From NCBI GenBank assembly GCA_040376155.1, contig JBEIRG010000001.1:1-38957 (forward strand): DNA of 38,957 bases, in the 5' to 3' direction. Both the position numbers and the translations under genes were made by a program. Below the pieces are notes generated by a model. That model had not been told where the DNA came from and did not search any database. It saw nothing but the letters and a program-made list of their open reading frames with translations. Of this stretch, positions 15,501 to 24,543 are shown piece by piece (the first letter of the stretch is position 1; the number at the start of each line of letters is the position of its first letter). This stretch comes from Sphaerobacterales bacterium. GTDB lineage: Bacteria > Chloroflexota > Chloroflexia > Thermomicrobiales > UBA6265.

Positions 15501-16823
15501 TCACGCCCCTGTGGCATCTCCAAGCGCGGCCATCACAGCGTCGACCGTCTCGAGGTCGGGCCCCTGCACCACCGTTACCCTGTTTCCGTCCTGCCGCAGG
15601 CGCACGGCCTCGCCATCGCCATCGCCGACAAGCGAGAGACCAGCCGCGCCGTCGTTCCCGAATACGCCGCCGAACCGCCGCTGATCATGCTGCGCGAGGG
15701 CCCGCAGGAACGCGGACGCGTCGCGTTCGGTATCCCATGCCGTCTTCCAGACCAGCACCTCGGAGGCGCCGTCGCCCCAGAGCGCGTAGCGGTCTCCTCC
15801 CCATCCGGCGGCAGCGTTGAGCGCGGGAACGGGAAGATCCATCTGCCCGCTGAATGAACTGATGCCCTCCCCCGGCTCGAGGTCCGCCAGCAGCAGGGCG
15901 ATGTTCAACTCGCCCATCGTGTCGTCCACGACGAACTCCCAGCCTTCCCCGAGCGCGGCGGCAAGGTCGGGAATCTGCACGTCCACGGGCGCTTCGCCGG
16001 CGAGATACTTCTCCGGGTGCATGATCTGCTCGGTCGATTGCGGAGGGTTTGCGTAGGCCGCGTCGACGGCCTTCCATCCCCCCTCGTCCCGAAGCGCCTG
16101 CACGAACGCCTCCCCCGCGAGGTATGGGAAGACGAGCGAGACCCCGACCGCGCCCGGCGCGGTGTCCATCTCATCGCTCGGCGGCGCGGCGGAGAAGACG
16201 AGGTCGCGGGCGATATCGGGGTGGCTGGCAAGGAAGTCAAAGGACGCCGCGCTCGCGTCTCCTTCATAGAGGGACGCAACGGCGGTGTCGCGGTCGGCGT
16301 TGCCGCCGCCCATGTTCTCCATCGTGTCGTCGAGATCGAGATGGGCGTCCTGCAGGGCGTGAACCGTCTCGTGGGAGTAGGTCATCTGCGCCATGCCGTC
16401 GAACTCGCCGCTGTCGCTGATGACGTACATCTCATCGGTTTCCGGGTCGTAGAAGCCTGCGATCTGCTCGCCGAAGAGCCGCTCGTACATCGCCATCATG
16501 TCGGTTCCCGGCGGCAGCAGGCCGATGGCGATCAATCCGCGCTGGTCCGCCTCTGCCTGCTCCGGGGTGTAGTCCTTGGTCAGCAGGTCCGGCAGCATGG
16601 CCTTCAGTTCGTCGGTGGTGATGAGGGCGTCGTCGATCTCCGGCAGGGCGGGCAGTTCACGGATCGCCGCGGTCTCCTCGGCCACGCGGTCACGGGCTGC
16701 CTCGTCCGCGAGCGCGCCGAGAGGCGCCGCCAGCGCCAGCAATGCAAACGCCGCGCTTGCGAGCGCGCGTCTGCCGCCTGTTCCCGTCATCGTCCCGGTC
16801 CTCCGTCGGCGCGGCCCCGTCAT
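15501..16823 (-). CDS. Secreted putative zinc metalloprotease (HExxH)
   Basis: Signal-like RRALASAAFALLALAAPLGALA, then YDPETDEMYV and SHETVHALQD (HExxH). I could not name the family. The start is ATG 16823 or 16790; the track start at 16943 is probably too far upstream. Confidence 0.65.
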   Translation of the reverse strand: MTGPRRRRTGTMTGTGGRRALASAAFALLALAAPLGALADEAARDRVAEETAAIRELPALPEIDDALITTDELKAMLPDLLTKDYTPEQAEADQRGLIAIGLLPPGTDMMAMYERLFGEQIAGFYDPETDEMYVISDSGEFDGMAQMTYSHETVHALQDAHLDLDDTMENMGGGNADRDTAVASLYEGDASAASFDFLASHPDIARDLVFSAAPPSDEMDTAPGAVGVSLVFPYLAGEAFVQALRDEGGWKAVDAAYANPPQSTEQIMHPEKYLAGEAPVDVQIPDLAAALGEGWEFVVDDTMGELNIALLLADLEPGEGISSFSGQMDLPVPALNAAAGWGGDRYALWGDGASEVLVWKTAWDTERDASAFLRALAQHDQRRFGGVFGNDGAAGLSLVGDGDGEAVRLRQDGNRVTVVQGPDLETVDAVMAALGDATGA

Positions 16824-16983
16824 TCGCGGCCCCGCCAACCTGCGTCTGCTTGAGTCATCCTGCAGCGGGAAACGCTCCGAAAGCAGAATCCGTTCCCACC
16901 CGCCGCTCCGGCCCGGCAACGGGATGGACCTCCCGGGCCGCAAGGCCAGCGGGAGGTCCGCCCCGTCGCCCGGCGAACCGGGG

Positions 16984-17898
16984 TCAAATCCGCTTTGCGC
17001 CGTTCACCATCACCTTCATGCCGTAGAGTGAGGTCGTCCCGCAGATGAACAGGTAGTTCCGCTTCGCGCCGCCGAACTCGACATTGGCGACCACTTCCGG
17101 CACGAGAATCTTGCCGAGCAGCGTGCCGTCCGGGTCGTAGACATGGACGCCATCCCCGGCGCTCGTCCAGACCCTCCCGTCCACGTCGATCCGGAAGCCG
17201 TCGAACAGGCCGGCGACGCAGTCCGCGAAAACTTCACCCCCGGTGAGTTTCCCGTCGTCCCCGACGCGGAATCGGCGAATATGCCTGGGGCCGTTCTCGA
17301 TATGGCTCGCCCCGGTATCCGCGATGTAGAGCAGAGACTCATCCGGCGAAAACGCGATGCCGTTCGGCCGCGCGAAGTCCCCGGCGACCTTCCGGATCTT
17401 CCCGGATTTTCCGTCGATCCGGAACACGTGGCAGCCATCCTGCTCCTGCGGCTGGAGGTGACCCTCGTAATCGGATTCGATCCCGTACGCGGGATCGGTG
17501 AACCAGATGGAGTCGTCGGACTTCACCACGAGGTCATTCGGGCTGTTCAGCCGCTTGCCGTCGCAGGCGTCGGCGAGCGTCGTCACGGAACCGTCGAACT
17601 CGGTCCTTGAGACCCTGCGGCCGCCGTGCTCGCAGGAAAGAAGGCGCCCCTGCCGGTCCACCGTGTTGCCATTGGTGTACCCGCACGGATGGCGAAAGAC
17701 CGATACCGTGCCGCCCGCCTCGTCGTAGCGCAACTGGCGGTCATTCGGGATGTCGCTCCAGATGAGCGAGCGCCACCCCGGCGACCACGCCGGCCCCTCA
17801 GCCCACCGGCAACCGGTAAACAGGGTGTCCAGTGTCGCGTTGCCATTGAAACACGTGCGGAAGCGGGGATCGAGCACTTCGAATTCGTGCATCGCCAT
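16984..17898 (-). CDS. SMP-30/gluconolactonase/LRE family protein
   Basis: RWAEGPAWSP, LIWSDIPNDR, LNSPNDLVVKSDDSIWFTDP, RPNGIAFSPDESLLYIADTG and TSLYGMKV are classic gluconolactonase-family motifs. Start taken at ATG 17898, with GGGAGAG 6 nt upstream. Confidence 0.85.
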   Translation of the reverse strand: MAMHEFEVLDPRFRTCFNGNATLDTLFTGCRWAEGPAWSPGWRSLIWSDIPNDRQLRYDEAGGTVSVFRHPCGYTNGNTVDRQGRLLSCEHGGRRVSRTEFDGSVTTLADACDGKRLNSPNDLVVKSDDSIWFTDPAYGIESDYEGHLQPQEQDGCHVFRIDGKSGKIRKVAGDFARPNGIAFSPDESLLYIADTGASHIENGPRHIRRFRVGDDGKLTGGEVFADCVAGLFDGFRIDVDGRVWTSAGDGVHVYDPDGTLLGKILVPEVVANVEFGGAKRNYLFICGTTSLYGMKVMVNGAKRI

Positions 17899-18064
17899 CG
17901 TTCGCTCTCCCATCCGGGCGGCCTCGCCCGCGGAATCCTGTCGCGCCGGGATGGTGCGGCCAAATGATGCGGCGCGCAAGCATCATTGCGCCCCGTTTCA
18001 CGCCACGACGCGGTACGCTACGCGGCGAAATGGGGAAATGGTCGGCGCGAGGGGAAATCGACCC

Positions 18065-18439
18065 ATGCCGAACGGGTACCGGATTTTCGTCTCCGGCAAG
18101 TATCGCGGGCTCGAGGTGGCCGAGACGCCCGAGGCGGCGGTCGCGGAGTTCCTGCGCGACCACCGCGGCCCGGTGCCAGTCGATTCCGTCCGCGCCGAAA
18201 TCTGGGAGCAGCGGATCGCCCGCTACCGGGTTGCCTTCGATGCCGGGGACCATACCATCGAGATCGAGGCCGACGCCTTCGACGAGTCCGTCGACGACGC
18301 CGAACACCGTGCCCGCCGCGCGCTCCGCGCCCAACGACCCGATCTGGCCGACGCCCCGGTCGAGCGCATCCAGCGGCTGAGGCTCTACCCGATGGCTGGC
18401 CGCATCCTTCCCTTCCCGGGGACGGATCGGGAGTCGTGA
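18065..18439 (+). CDS. Hypothetical protein (124 aa)
   Basis: ATG 18065 is preceded by GAGGGGAAATCGACCC. The composition is acidic and soluble-looking. The stop overlaps the next gene's GTG (GTGA). I recognised no family. Confidence 0.5.
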   Translation: MPNGYRIFVSGKYRGLEVAETPEAAVAEFLRDHRGPVPVDSVRAEIWEQRIARYRVAFDAGDHTIEIEADAFDESVDDAEHRARRALRAQRPDLADAPVERIQRLRLYPMAGRILPFPGTDRES

Positions 18440-19062
18440 CCGGTCTCGCCCTGCGACGGCTCGGGCTCGCCCTGTTCGCGATGGCCATCCTCGCCGTCAT
18501 GCCCTCGCCCGCCGCGGGCGAGCAGATCACCGCGCAGGACGGCATCACCGGGCACGCGGGCCTGGCGGACATCCAGGATTCGCCCGGCGCGCTCTGCGCG
18601 TTCGCCGTGCCCGGGCCGGGCACCCTTGGAGAGACCGTCATCCGGGTCAACCCGCCGGTCATCTTCGCCGCCGACACCACCCCCGGCCTCGACCGGCAGC
18701 AGGTCGGCTGGCAGGCCCGCATTCACGTCTTTTCCCCGCGTGACAATCGCTGGGTCACCGCCGCCGAAAGCCCGGTCGCGACCGGCGACGCCTCGGATCA
18801 GACGGCCACCTACTTCGACGGCGACGCATGGACGCAGCAGTTCATGCTTACCGGCGGGGTCTACGCCGTCACCGTCGAGATGCTCTGGTTCGACCCCGCC
18901 GCGCCCGAAACCGTCACCGGACACATGACCGCCACGATCGAGCGGTACGCCCTGGTCGTGCGCGCGCGCGCAGGCGCGACGCAGGCGGGCGTCCACTCCA
19001 CCTGCCGCATGCCGGACCACCGGGCGCTCGACCGACCCTCATCACCGACCCGCCCCGGGTGA
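18436..19062 (+). CDS. Hypothetical secreted protein (208 aa)
   Basis: GTG 18436 overlaps the upstream stop. Signal peptide LALRRLGLALFAMAILAVMPSPAAG. The remainder is beta-rich. I recognised no family. Confidence 0.5.
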   Translation: MTGLALRRLGLALFAMAILAVMPSPAAGEQITAQDGITGHAGLADIQDSPGALCAFAVPGPGTLGETVIRVNPPVIFAADTTPGLDRQQVGWQARIHVFSPRDNRWVTAAESPVATGDASDQTATYFDGDAWTQQFMLTGGVYAVTVEMLWFDPAAPETVTGHMTATIERYALVVRARAGATQAGVHSTCRMPDHRALDRPSSPTRPG

Positions 19063-19140
19063 TTCCAGCTTGCTCCTGCTATCCTGACGCGCCAGCCGCA
19101 GTCGGCCAGTTGCACCGCGCACGTCGCAGGAGACCAGCGC

Positions 19141-20460
19141 ATGGACAGGATGCCTTCATACGACGGCCCGGATGACGCGGCCGATCTCGCCCGCCGGCAC
19201 AAGGAGAGCCTCTTTCCCAGCGTGGGCCTTTTCTACGAACAGCCGATCGAACTCCGGCGGGGGGAGCGGCAGTATGTTTACGATGGCGCAGGCCGGGAGT
19301 ACCTCGACTTCTTCGGCGGGATCGCCACCATCGCCAGCGGTCATGCCATCCCCGAGATCAACGACCCGATCAAGGAGCAACTGGACCGGATCGCCCACAG
19401 CAGCACGCTTTTCCTGATCCGCGCCCAGATCGAACTGGCGGAGCGCCTGCGGGAGATGACTCCGCCCGCCCTCAACAAGGTCTTTTTCTGCAACAGCGGC
19501 ACCGAGGCCAACGAGGCCGCGATGCTCATCACGACCACCGCCCGCGGCAGCAACGAACTGCTCGCCCTGCGCCATGCCTATCACGGCCGCAGCTTCGCCA
19601 CGACCGCCGCAACCGGCCAATCCACCTGGCGCAACAGCACCCTCTCCGGCCTGCATGTCCACTACGTCGCGAACCCGTACTGCTACCGATGCCCCTACGA
19701 AAAGACCTACCCCTCGTGCGATCTCCTCTGCGCGCGGGATCTCGAAGCCGTGATCCGCACCACGACGACCGGCCACCCGGCAGCCTTCATCGCCGAACCG
19801 ATTCAGGGCGTCGGCGGGTTCCTGACCCCGCCGCCGGAGTACTTCATCCGCATCAAGGAAATCCTCGATCGCCACGGCATCCCGTTCATCTGCGACGAGG
19901 TGCAGACTGGCTGGGGACGCACCGGGGTGGCCGATTTCGGCTTCCAGGCCTACGGCGTGGAGCCTGATGTCGTCGTTTTCGCCAAGGGCCTCGCCAACGG
20001 CATCCCCATCGGCGGCCTCGTCGCCACCGACGACCTCGCATCGGCTATCCGGAGCCTCAGCCTCAGCACGTTCGGCGGCAACCCGATCGCCACCACCGCG
20101 GCGCTGGCCAACCTGAACTACATCGCCACCCACAACCTCCGCGATAACGCCCGCGTGGTCGGTGAATACCTCCAGCGCCGTCTCCGGGAGCTGGCCGAAC
20201 GCCACCACGCCATCGGCGACGTGCGCGGCATGGGGCTGATGGTCGCGGTTGAACTGGTTCGCGACCGGGCAACCCGCGAGCCAGCGCCGGACATCCTCGC
20301 GCGCGTGCTGAACGGCGCGAAGGAACGGGGGCTGATCATCGGCCGCGGCGGTCTCCACGCGAACGTGATTCGCATCTGCCCGCCGCTGATCGTCACGCAG
20401 GCCGATGTCGACGCCGCCATCGATGCCCTCGACGGCGCATTCACCGCCGCTGCGGCATAG
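19141..20460 (+). CDS. Class-III PLP-dependent aminotransferase
   Basis: FFCNSGTEANEAAM, CDEVQTGWGRTG and the PLP-lysine region VVFAKGLANGIPIGG. Length 439 aa. Confidence 0.9.
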   Translation: MDRMPSYDGPDDAADLARRHKESLFPSVGLFYEQPIELRRGERQYVYDGAGREYLDFFGGIATIASGHAIPEINDPIKEQLDRIAHSSTLFLIRAQIELAERLREMTPPALNKVFFCNSGTEANEAAMLITTTARGSNELLALRHAYHGRSFATTAATGQSTWRNSTLSGLHVHYVANPYCYRCPYEKTYPSCDLLCARDLEAVIRTTTTGHPAAFIAEPIQGVGGFLTPPPEYFIRIKEILDRHGIPFICDEVQTGWGRTGVADFGFQAYGVEPDVVVFAKGLANGIPIGGLVATDDLASAIRSLSLSTFGGNPIATTAALANLNYIATHNLRDNARVVGEYLQRRLRELAERHHAIGDVRGMGLMVAVELVRDRATREPAPDILARVLNGAKERGLIIGRGGLHANVIRICPPLIVTQADVDAAIDALDGAFTAAAA

Positions 20461-20472
20461 TTTCGCGACGAC

Positions 20473-20492
20473 CCGCCAGCATGGGCTGGCGG
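20473..20492 (+). terminator. Hairpin after the aminotransferase (weak terminator candidate)
   Basis: Perfect 8-bp stem CCGCCAGC-ATGG-GCTGGCGG, 12 nt after the stop. There is no U-run. Confidence 0.35.
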
Positions 20493-20528
20493 AAATCTCC
20501 GCAGGGACGATTTGGAAGGGAAGCAACC

Positions 20529-21218
20529 ATGCAGCCAGTCAACCAGGGAGAAGCCCAGTCCTTTCTCGACCGCCTTCTCGGGGTGCTGAAACTCGATGCG
20601 TTCACCTGGAACGGGATCAAGCTCGATCCGGCAGCGAACGGGCAGGCGTGGCTGATCGTCCTGCTCACCGGCCTGATCTCGGGCATCGGCTCGGCGCGAA
20701 ACATTGCGGACGCGACCCTCCAGTTCCAGACAGCGATTGACGAGGCCGCGAAGTCCGATCCTGAACTGGCGGGCCAGTTGCAGACCGTGGCGCTCCAATC
20801 CTTCGACTCCCCCGGCGGCCGGATCTCGATGATCGTTTCCGCAATCATCGGCGCGGTCATCGCCTGGCTGCTCTTTGCCGCGCTTTCCCGCTGGGCCGCC
20901 CGCCAGTTCTTCGGCGCGGACCCCAACGCCGCGAGCAACGAGCAGATGCGCCGCCTCACCGGCTGGGCCTACGCCCCGGCGCTGCTCAATATCCTTGCGC
21001 CGATCCCCTTGCTCGGAACGATCGCCACCATCGCCGCCGCCATTTGGGTGCTCGTGTCGCAGGTGCAGGCCGTCAAGCACGGCATGAACCTGACCACCGG
21101 CAAGGCGATCGGTGCGTCGATCGTCGCCTGGATCGTGCCGGCGCTCGTGCTCATCCTGCTCGTCTGCGCCTGCATCGGAATCGTGGCCGCCACCGGCGGC
21201 GTGACGCAGACCCCGTAG
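20529..21218 (+). CDS. Yip1-domain membrane protein
   Basis: Start at ATG 20529 after GGAAGGGAAG. The N-terminal FLDRLLGVLKLDAFTWNGIKLD..NGQAW followed by 4-5 TM segments is the usual Yip1/YIF architecture. Confidence 0.7.
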   Translation: MQPVNQGEAQSFLDRLLGVLKLDAFTWNGIKLDPAANGQAWLIVLLTGLISGIGSARNIADATLQFQTAIDEAAKSDPELAGQLQTVALQSFDSPGGRISMIVSAIIGAVIAWLLFAALSRWAARQFFGADPNAASNEQMRRLTGWAYAPALLNILAPIPLLGTIATIAAAIWVLVSQVQAVKHGMNLTTGKAIGASIVAWIVPALVLILLVCACIGIVAATGGVTQTP

Positions 21219-21372
21219 CATCTCCGTCCCGCATTCATGGTTTCTCCGCAATTCGCTCCTACACTGGAACCCGTCGCGAGCGTCCGGCGTTCATCGTGAA
21301 GTCAGCGCCAGACCCGCGCTCAGGATTCATGCTGTCAGCAACCGAACCGACCGACACAGGAGCAATAAGCCC

Positions 21373-21939
21373 ATGCAACCCATGATCCGCCCGGCAGGAA
21401 CCGGCCGCTCGCTCATCGACCGCATGGTCGGCGTGGCCACCCTCAAGCAACCCGTCTTCACCGACATCCGCCGCGATGTCGACGCGACCGGCCAGGCTCT
21501 TGCGGTCGTCGCCATCGCCGCCATCGCCGCCGGCATCGGCGCCATCGGATCGCCGCAACCCGGCATGATCTGGCAGGTTGCCATGGCGGTGGTCGGCTGG
21601 ATCGTCTTCTCCCTCGTCGCCTTCTTCATCGGATCGCTCTTCGCCAGAAAGTCGGAGTCCGTCACCCTCGGTCAGGTGCTGCGCCTGATCGGCTTCGCGC
21701 AGACGCCGAAGATTCTGGGCGTGCTCGCGATCGTCCCGCTGCTCGGCTGGATCCCCGCGATGATCGCGGCGGTCTGGTTCCTCGTCGTCGCCATCATGGC
21801 GCTGCGCGAGGCCTTCAACGTTCCCACCGGCACGGCGGCCATCATCGGCGTGTTGTCGCTGGCGGTGGTCTTCGTGGTGAATGTCGTGCTCGGCACGATC
21901 TTCCACATCACCGGCGGCATTCTGCACTGGCTCTTCTAG
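21373..21939 (+). CDS. Yip1-domain membrane protein (paralog of the upstream gene)
   Basis: LIDRMVGVATLKQPVFTDIRRDVDATGQAL followed by TM segments. It ends with the same ..PLLG.I......W.LV..I.A.REAF.. arrangement as its neighbour. Confidence 0.7.
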   Translation: MQPMIRPAGTGRSLIDRMVGVATLKQPVFTDIRRDVDATGQALAVVAIAAIAAGIGAIGSPQPGMIWQVAMAVVGWIVFSLVAFFIGSLFARKSESVTLGQVLRLIGFAQTPKILGVLAIVPLLGWIPAMIAAVWFLVVAIMALREAFNVPTGTAAIIGVLSLAVVFVVNVVLGTIFHITGGILHWLF

Positions 21940-21968
21940 CCGCAGGCTGATCCTGCGCGAACGCGGTT

Positions 21969-22005
21969 CCGCCGCCGTCATCCCGACGGCGGCGGATGCT
22001 GTTTT
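21969..22005 (+). terminator. Rho-independent terminator
   Basis: Perfect 11-bp stem CCGCCGCCGTC-ATCCC-GACGGCGGCGG followed by ATGCTGTTTT. Confidence 0.7.
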
Positions 22006-22125
22006 CCCCCACCTCTCGCGCCCCCTCCAATGACGGGCCCCTGTTCCTCGCGCACCCCGCCGCATTCCGCGCCCCGCTATGATCCCGGCGTCTATCGTCA
22101 GACTCGCCCGGAAGGGGATGCAACC

Positions 22126-22545
22126 GTGGAAACCATCTACTCGACTGCCGTCACCTCGACCGGCGACGGTCGCAACGGCCATGTTCGAAGCGCCGACGGC
22201 CTGCTCGATCTCGATGTCGCCCGCCCCCCGGTGATGGGCGGCACGGGCCTGGCCACCAACCCCGAGCAACTCTTCGCCGCCGGGTACGCCGCCTGCTTCC
22301 ATAGCGCGCTCAAGAACATCGGCCGCCAGATGGAGGTGGATACCAACGGCTCGGAGGTCACCGTCGAGGCAGGCCTGCTCAAGGGCGACGGCAAGTTCGG
22401 CATTTCGGCGACCATTCACCTCCGCGCCGATCACCTCGACGACGAAACCGCCATGCGCCTGCTGGAGCGCTCCCATCAACTGTGTCCCTACTCCGAGGCG
22501 ACGCGCGGCAATGTCGACGTGAAGCTGGTGCTCGACCGCGGGTAA
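22126..22545 (+). CDS. ohr: Organic hydroperoxide resistance protein (Ohr subfamily of OsmC/Ohr)
   Basis: GTG 22126 follows GGAAGGGGA. TNPEQLFAAGYAACF and HQLCPYSEATRGNVDV contain the two catalytic Cys in Ohr context. Length 139 aa. Confidence 0.9.
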   Translation: METIYSTAVTSTGDGRNGHVRSADGLLDLDVARPPVMGGTGLATNPEQLFAAGYAACFHSALKNIGRQMEVDTNGSEVTVEAGLLKGDGKFGISATIHLRADHLDDETAMRLLERSHQLCPYSEATRGNVDVKLVLDRG

Positions 22546-22618
22546 CGATTACACGGCGCCGTTGCATGATGAGCGTGCCGAAACCTTCGCCGAAGCCGGT
22601 GTCGCTCTCAACCTCACG

Positions 22619-22648
22619 CCCCTTCTCCCATAGCAATGGGAAAAGGGG
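22619..22648. terminator. Hairpin between convergent genes
   Basis: CCCCTTCTCCCAT-AGCA-ATGGGAAAAGGGG forms a 13-bp stem with one mismatch. It sits between the ohr stop and the stop of the Excalibur-like gene. Confidence 0.45.
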
Positions 22649-22681
22649 TAGGGATGAGGGCGACCATTCGTCGGAACAGCG

Positions 22682-23002
22682 TCAGCGGCAGTACGCGATC
22701 TCGCACAGATCGTCGCCCCAGATCGTCTCCTGGCTGGCCTCGCAGCCGAGTCCATCGCCATCGGGATCGAGTCCGAGCGGATCGTCCTCGCCAACCGGGA
22801 AGGCGAACTCCGGCACGCGGTCACAGGGGGGCACGCCCTCGGGACCAATTGGCACGCACTCGTCGTAGGCAGGGTGGCACTGGTAGGCCTCCTGTGCGAG
22901 GGCATCCGCTGCCCACGCCCCGGACCCAAGCGCCACGACCGATACGGCTCTCACCGCAATTGCGACCACTCGAACATGTCGAACTAACGATGGTCCCGCC
23001 AT
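22682..23002 (-). CDS. Small secreted protein with Excalibur-like calcium-binding motif
   Basis: ATG 23002 follows AAGGAGG. Signal peptide VRVVAIAVRAVSVVALGSGAWA. LDPDGDGLGCE matches the DxDxDGxxCE Excalibur loop. The mature part has 6 Cys. Confidence 0.6.
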   Translation of the reverse strand: MAGPSLVRHVRVVAIAVRAVSVVALGSGAWAADALAQEAYQCHPAYDECVPIGPEGVPPCDRVPEFAFPVGEDDPLGLDPDGDGLGCEASQETIWGDDLCEIAYCR

Positions 23003-23427
23003 CTGGGCCTCCTTGTCCATCCTGTGCAGATTCACACCACCAGATGTGCGGCGGCTCCCGAAAACTCCGTGGCCCCGACGCAGCAGGTGTCTCGTCCCAC
23101 GCTGCCCGCGCCCAGGCTCCCTCCTGCGCCGGCATCGCGGCAGAACGTTCGGGAGCAACGCTCTTCGGCCACCACTCTAACGAGTGTATGGGATTCATCG
23201 CAAACGTCAACCAGACTATCGACCGCTGGCATCGGCAGGCGAGCGGGAGCATGGCGCGCCGTTGTCGCCCCGAGGCCCGTTTCCAGGCTCGGGGTTGCGA
23301 TTCGGCTCCCGGCCTGCCACGATGCCGGAGCGCCGGATGCGGCACGCCCGCGCCGATGTCCCCGTCCATTGATTCAGCCAAACCGCCGCGCGTTTCCCGA
23401 CGGCGGCTCTGGTCCGGAGAGATCTCC

Positions 23428-24432
23428 ATGCCCACCGTTGCCGTCATCCAGGCCGCGCCGGTCCTGTTCGACCGGGATGCCTCCATCGAAAAGACCATCT
23501 CCCTCGCCCGGGAAGCGGCCGGGAAGGGCGCAACGCTCGTCCTCTTCCCCGAGGCCTTCATCCCCGCATACCCGCGCGGTCTCTCCTTCGGTGCGGTCGT
23601 CGGAAGCCGCACGGCCGAGGGCCGCGCGATCTATGCGCGCTACGTCGCCAACAGCATCGATGTTCCCGGGCCGGAAACGGCCCGTCTCGCGGCAACGGCC
23701 CGCGACCTGGGCATCACCCTCGCCATCGGCGTCATCGAACGCGATCCCTCGGGCGGCACGCTCTACTGCACCCTGCTGGTCTTCGGCCCGGACGGCGCGC
23801 TTCTCCACCAGCATCGCAAGCTCAAACCGACCGCCAGCGAGCGTCTCGTCTGGGGCGAGGGAGACGGCCGCTCTCTTCGCGCCGTGGAAACCCCGGCGGG
23901 CAAGGTGGGCGGCCTGATCTGCTGGGAGAACTACATGCCGCTCGCCCGCGCCGCGCTTTACCAGCAGGGAGTTCAGGTCTGGCTCGCCCCAACCGCGGAT
24001 TCCCGTGATCAGTGGCCGGCCACCATGCGCCACATCGCGCTCGAAGGCCGCTGCTACGTGCTGGGCTGCAACCAGTTCGTGACCCGCGACATGTACCCGT
24101 CCGATCTCGGCCCCGCCGCCGCCGCCGAACTCGCCGCCGCGCCGCAGATCATGTGCCGGGGCGGCAGCGTCATCATCGATCCTCTCGGCAACATCATCGC
24201 CGGGCCGCTGTACGACAAGGAAGGCATCCTCATCACCGATCTCGATCTGGACACCATCGCCGGGGCCAAGATGGACTTCGACCCCATCGGTCACTACGCC
24301 CGCCCGGACATCCTGACCCTCAAGGGCAAGGGCACGAAACCCGCCGCCATGCCGCAGACGCCATCCTCCCCGCAGGTGGATCGCGCAGCGAAGAAGGCCC
24401 AGCGGCAGGCGCGCAAGGCCTCCCGCCGCTGA
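23428..24432 (+). CDS. Nitrilase
   Basis: LVLFPEAFIPAYP (Glu), HRKLKPT (Lys) and GGLICWENYMPLAR (Cys) form the nitrilase catalytic triad context. Start at ATG 23428; the upstream part of track ORF 22636..24432 is shadow. The C-terminus has an unusual basic tail. Confidence 0.9.
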   Translation: MPTVAVIQAAPVLFDRDASIEKTISLAREAAGKGATLVLFPEAFIPAYPRGLSFGAVVGSRTAEGRAIYARYVANSIDVPGPETARLAATARDLGITLAIGVIERDPSGGTLYCTLLVFGPDGALLHQHRKLKPTASERLVWGEGDGRSLRAVETPAGKVGGLICWENYMPLARAALYQQGVQVWLAPTADSRDQWPATMRHIALEGRCYVLGCNQFVTRDMYPSDLGPAAAAELAAAPQIMCRGGSVIIDPLGNIIAGPLYDKEGILITDLDLDTIAGAKMDFDPIGHYARPDILTLKGKGTKPAAMPQTPSSPQVDRAAKKAQRQARKASRR

Positions 24433-24543
24433 TTGCGAGCGACGTGCACGATTCCCGGGGAACCCCGCGCGACCGGGAGCCCAGTGAAACCGCTCGCCGG
24501 CCACCGGCGCGCCGGCGCACCGGCGATCCGAGCGGGGCTGCGG

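Noticed and set aside
15118-15684. 188-aa plus-strand ORF with a good-looking RBS (GAGGGACAGG-ATG), just after the AT-rich island
   Set aside because: The translation is unprotein-like (Pro/Ser/Ala/Arg-rich, no motifs). It reads straight through the strong minus-strand terminator at 15270-15308 and then runs antisense into the metalloprotease. The promoter elements in the island face the other way. A short upstream peptide cannot be excluded.
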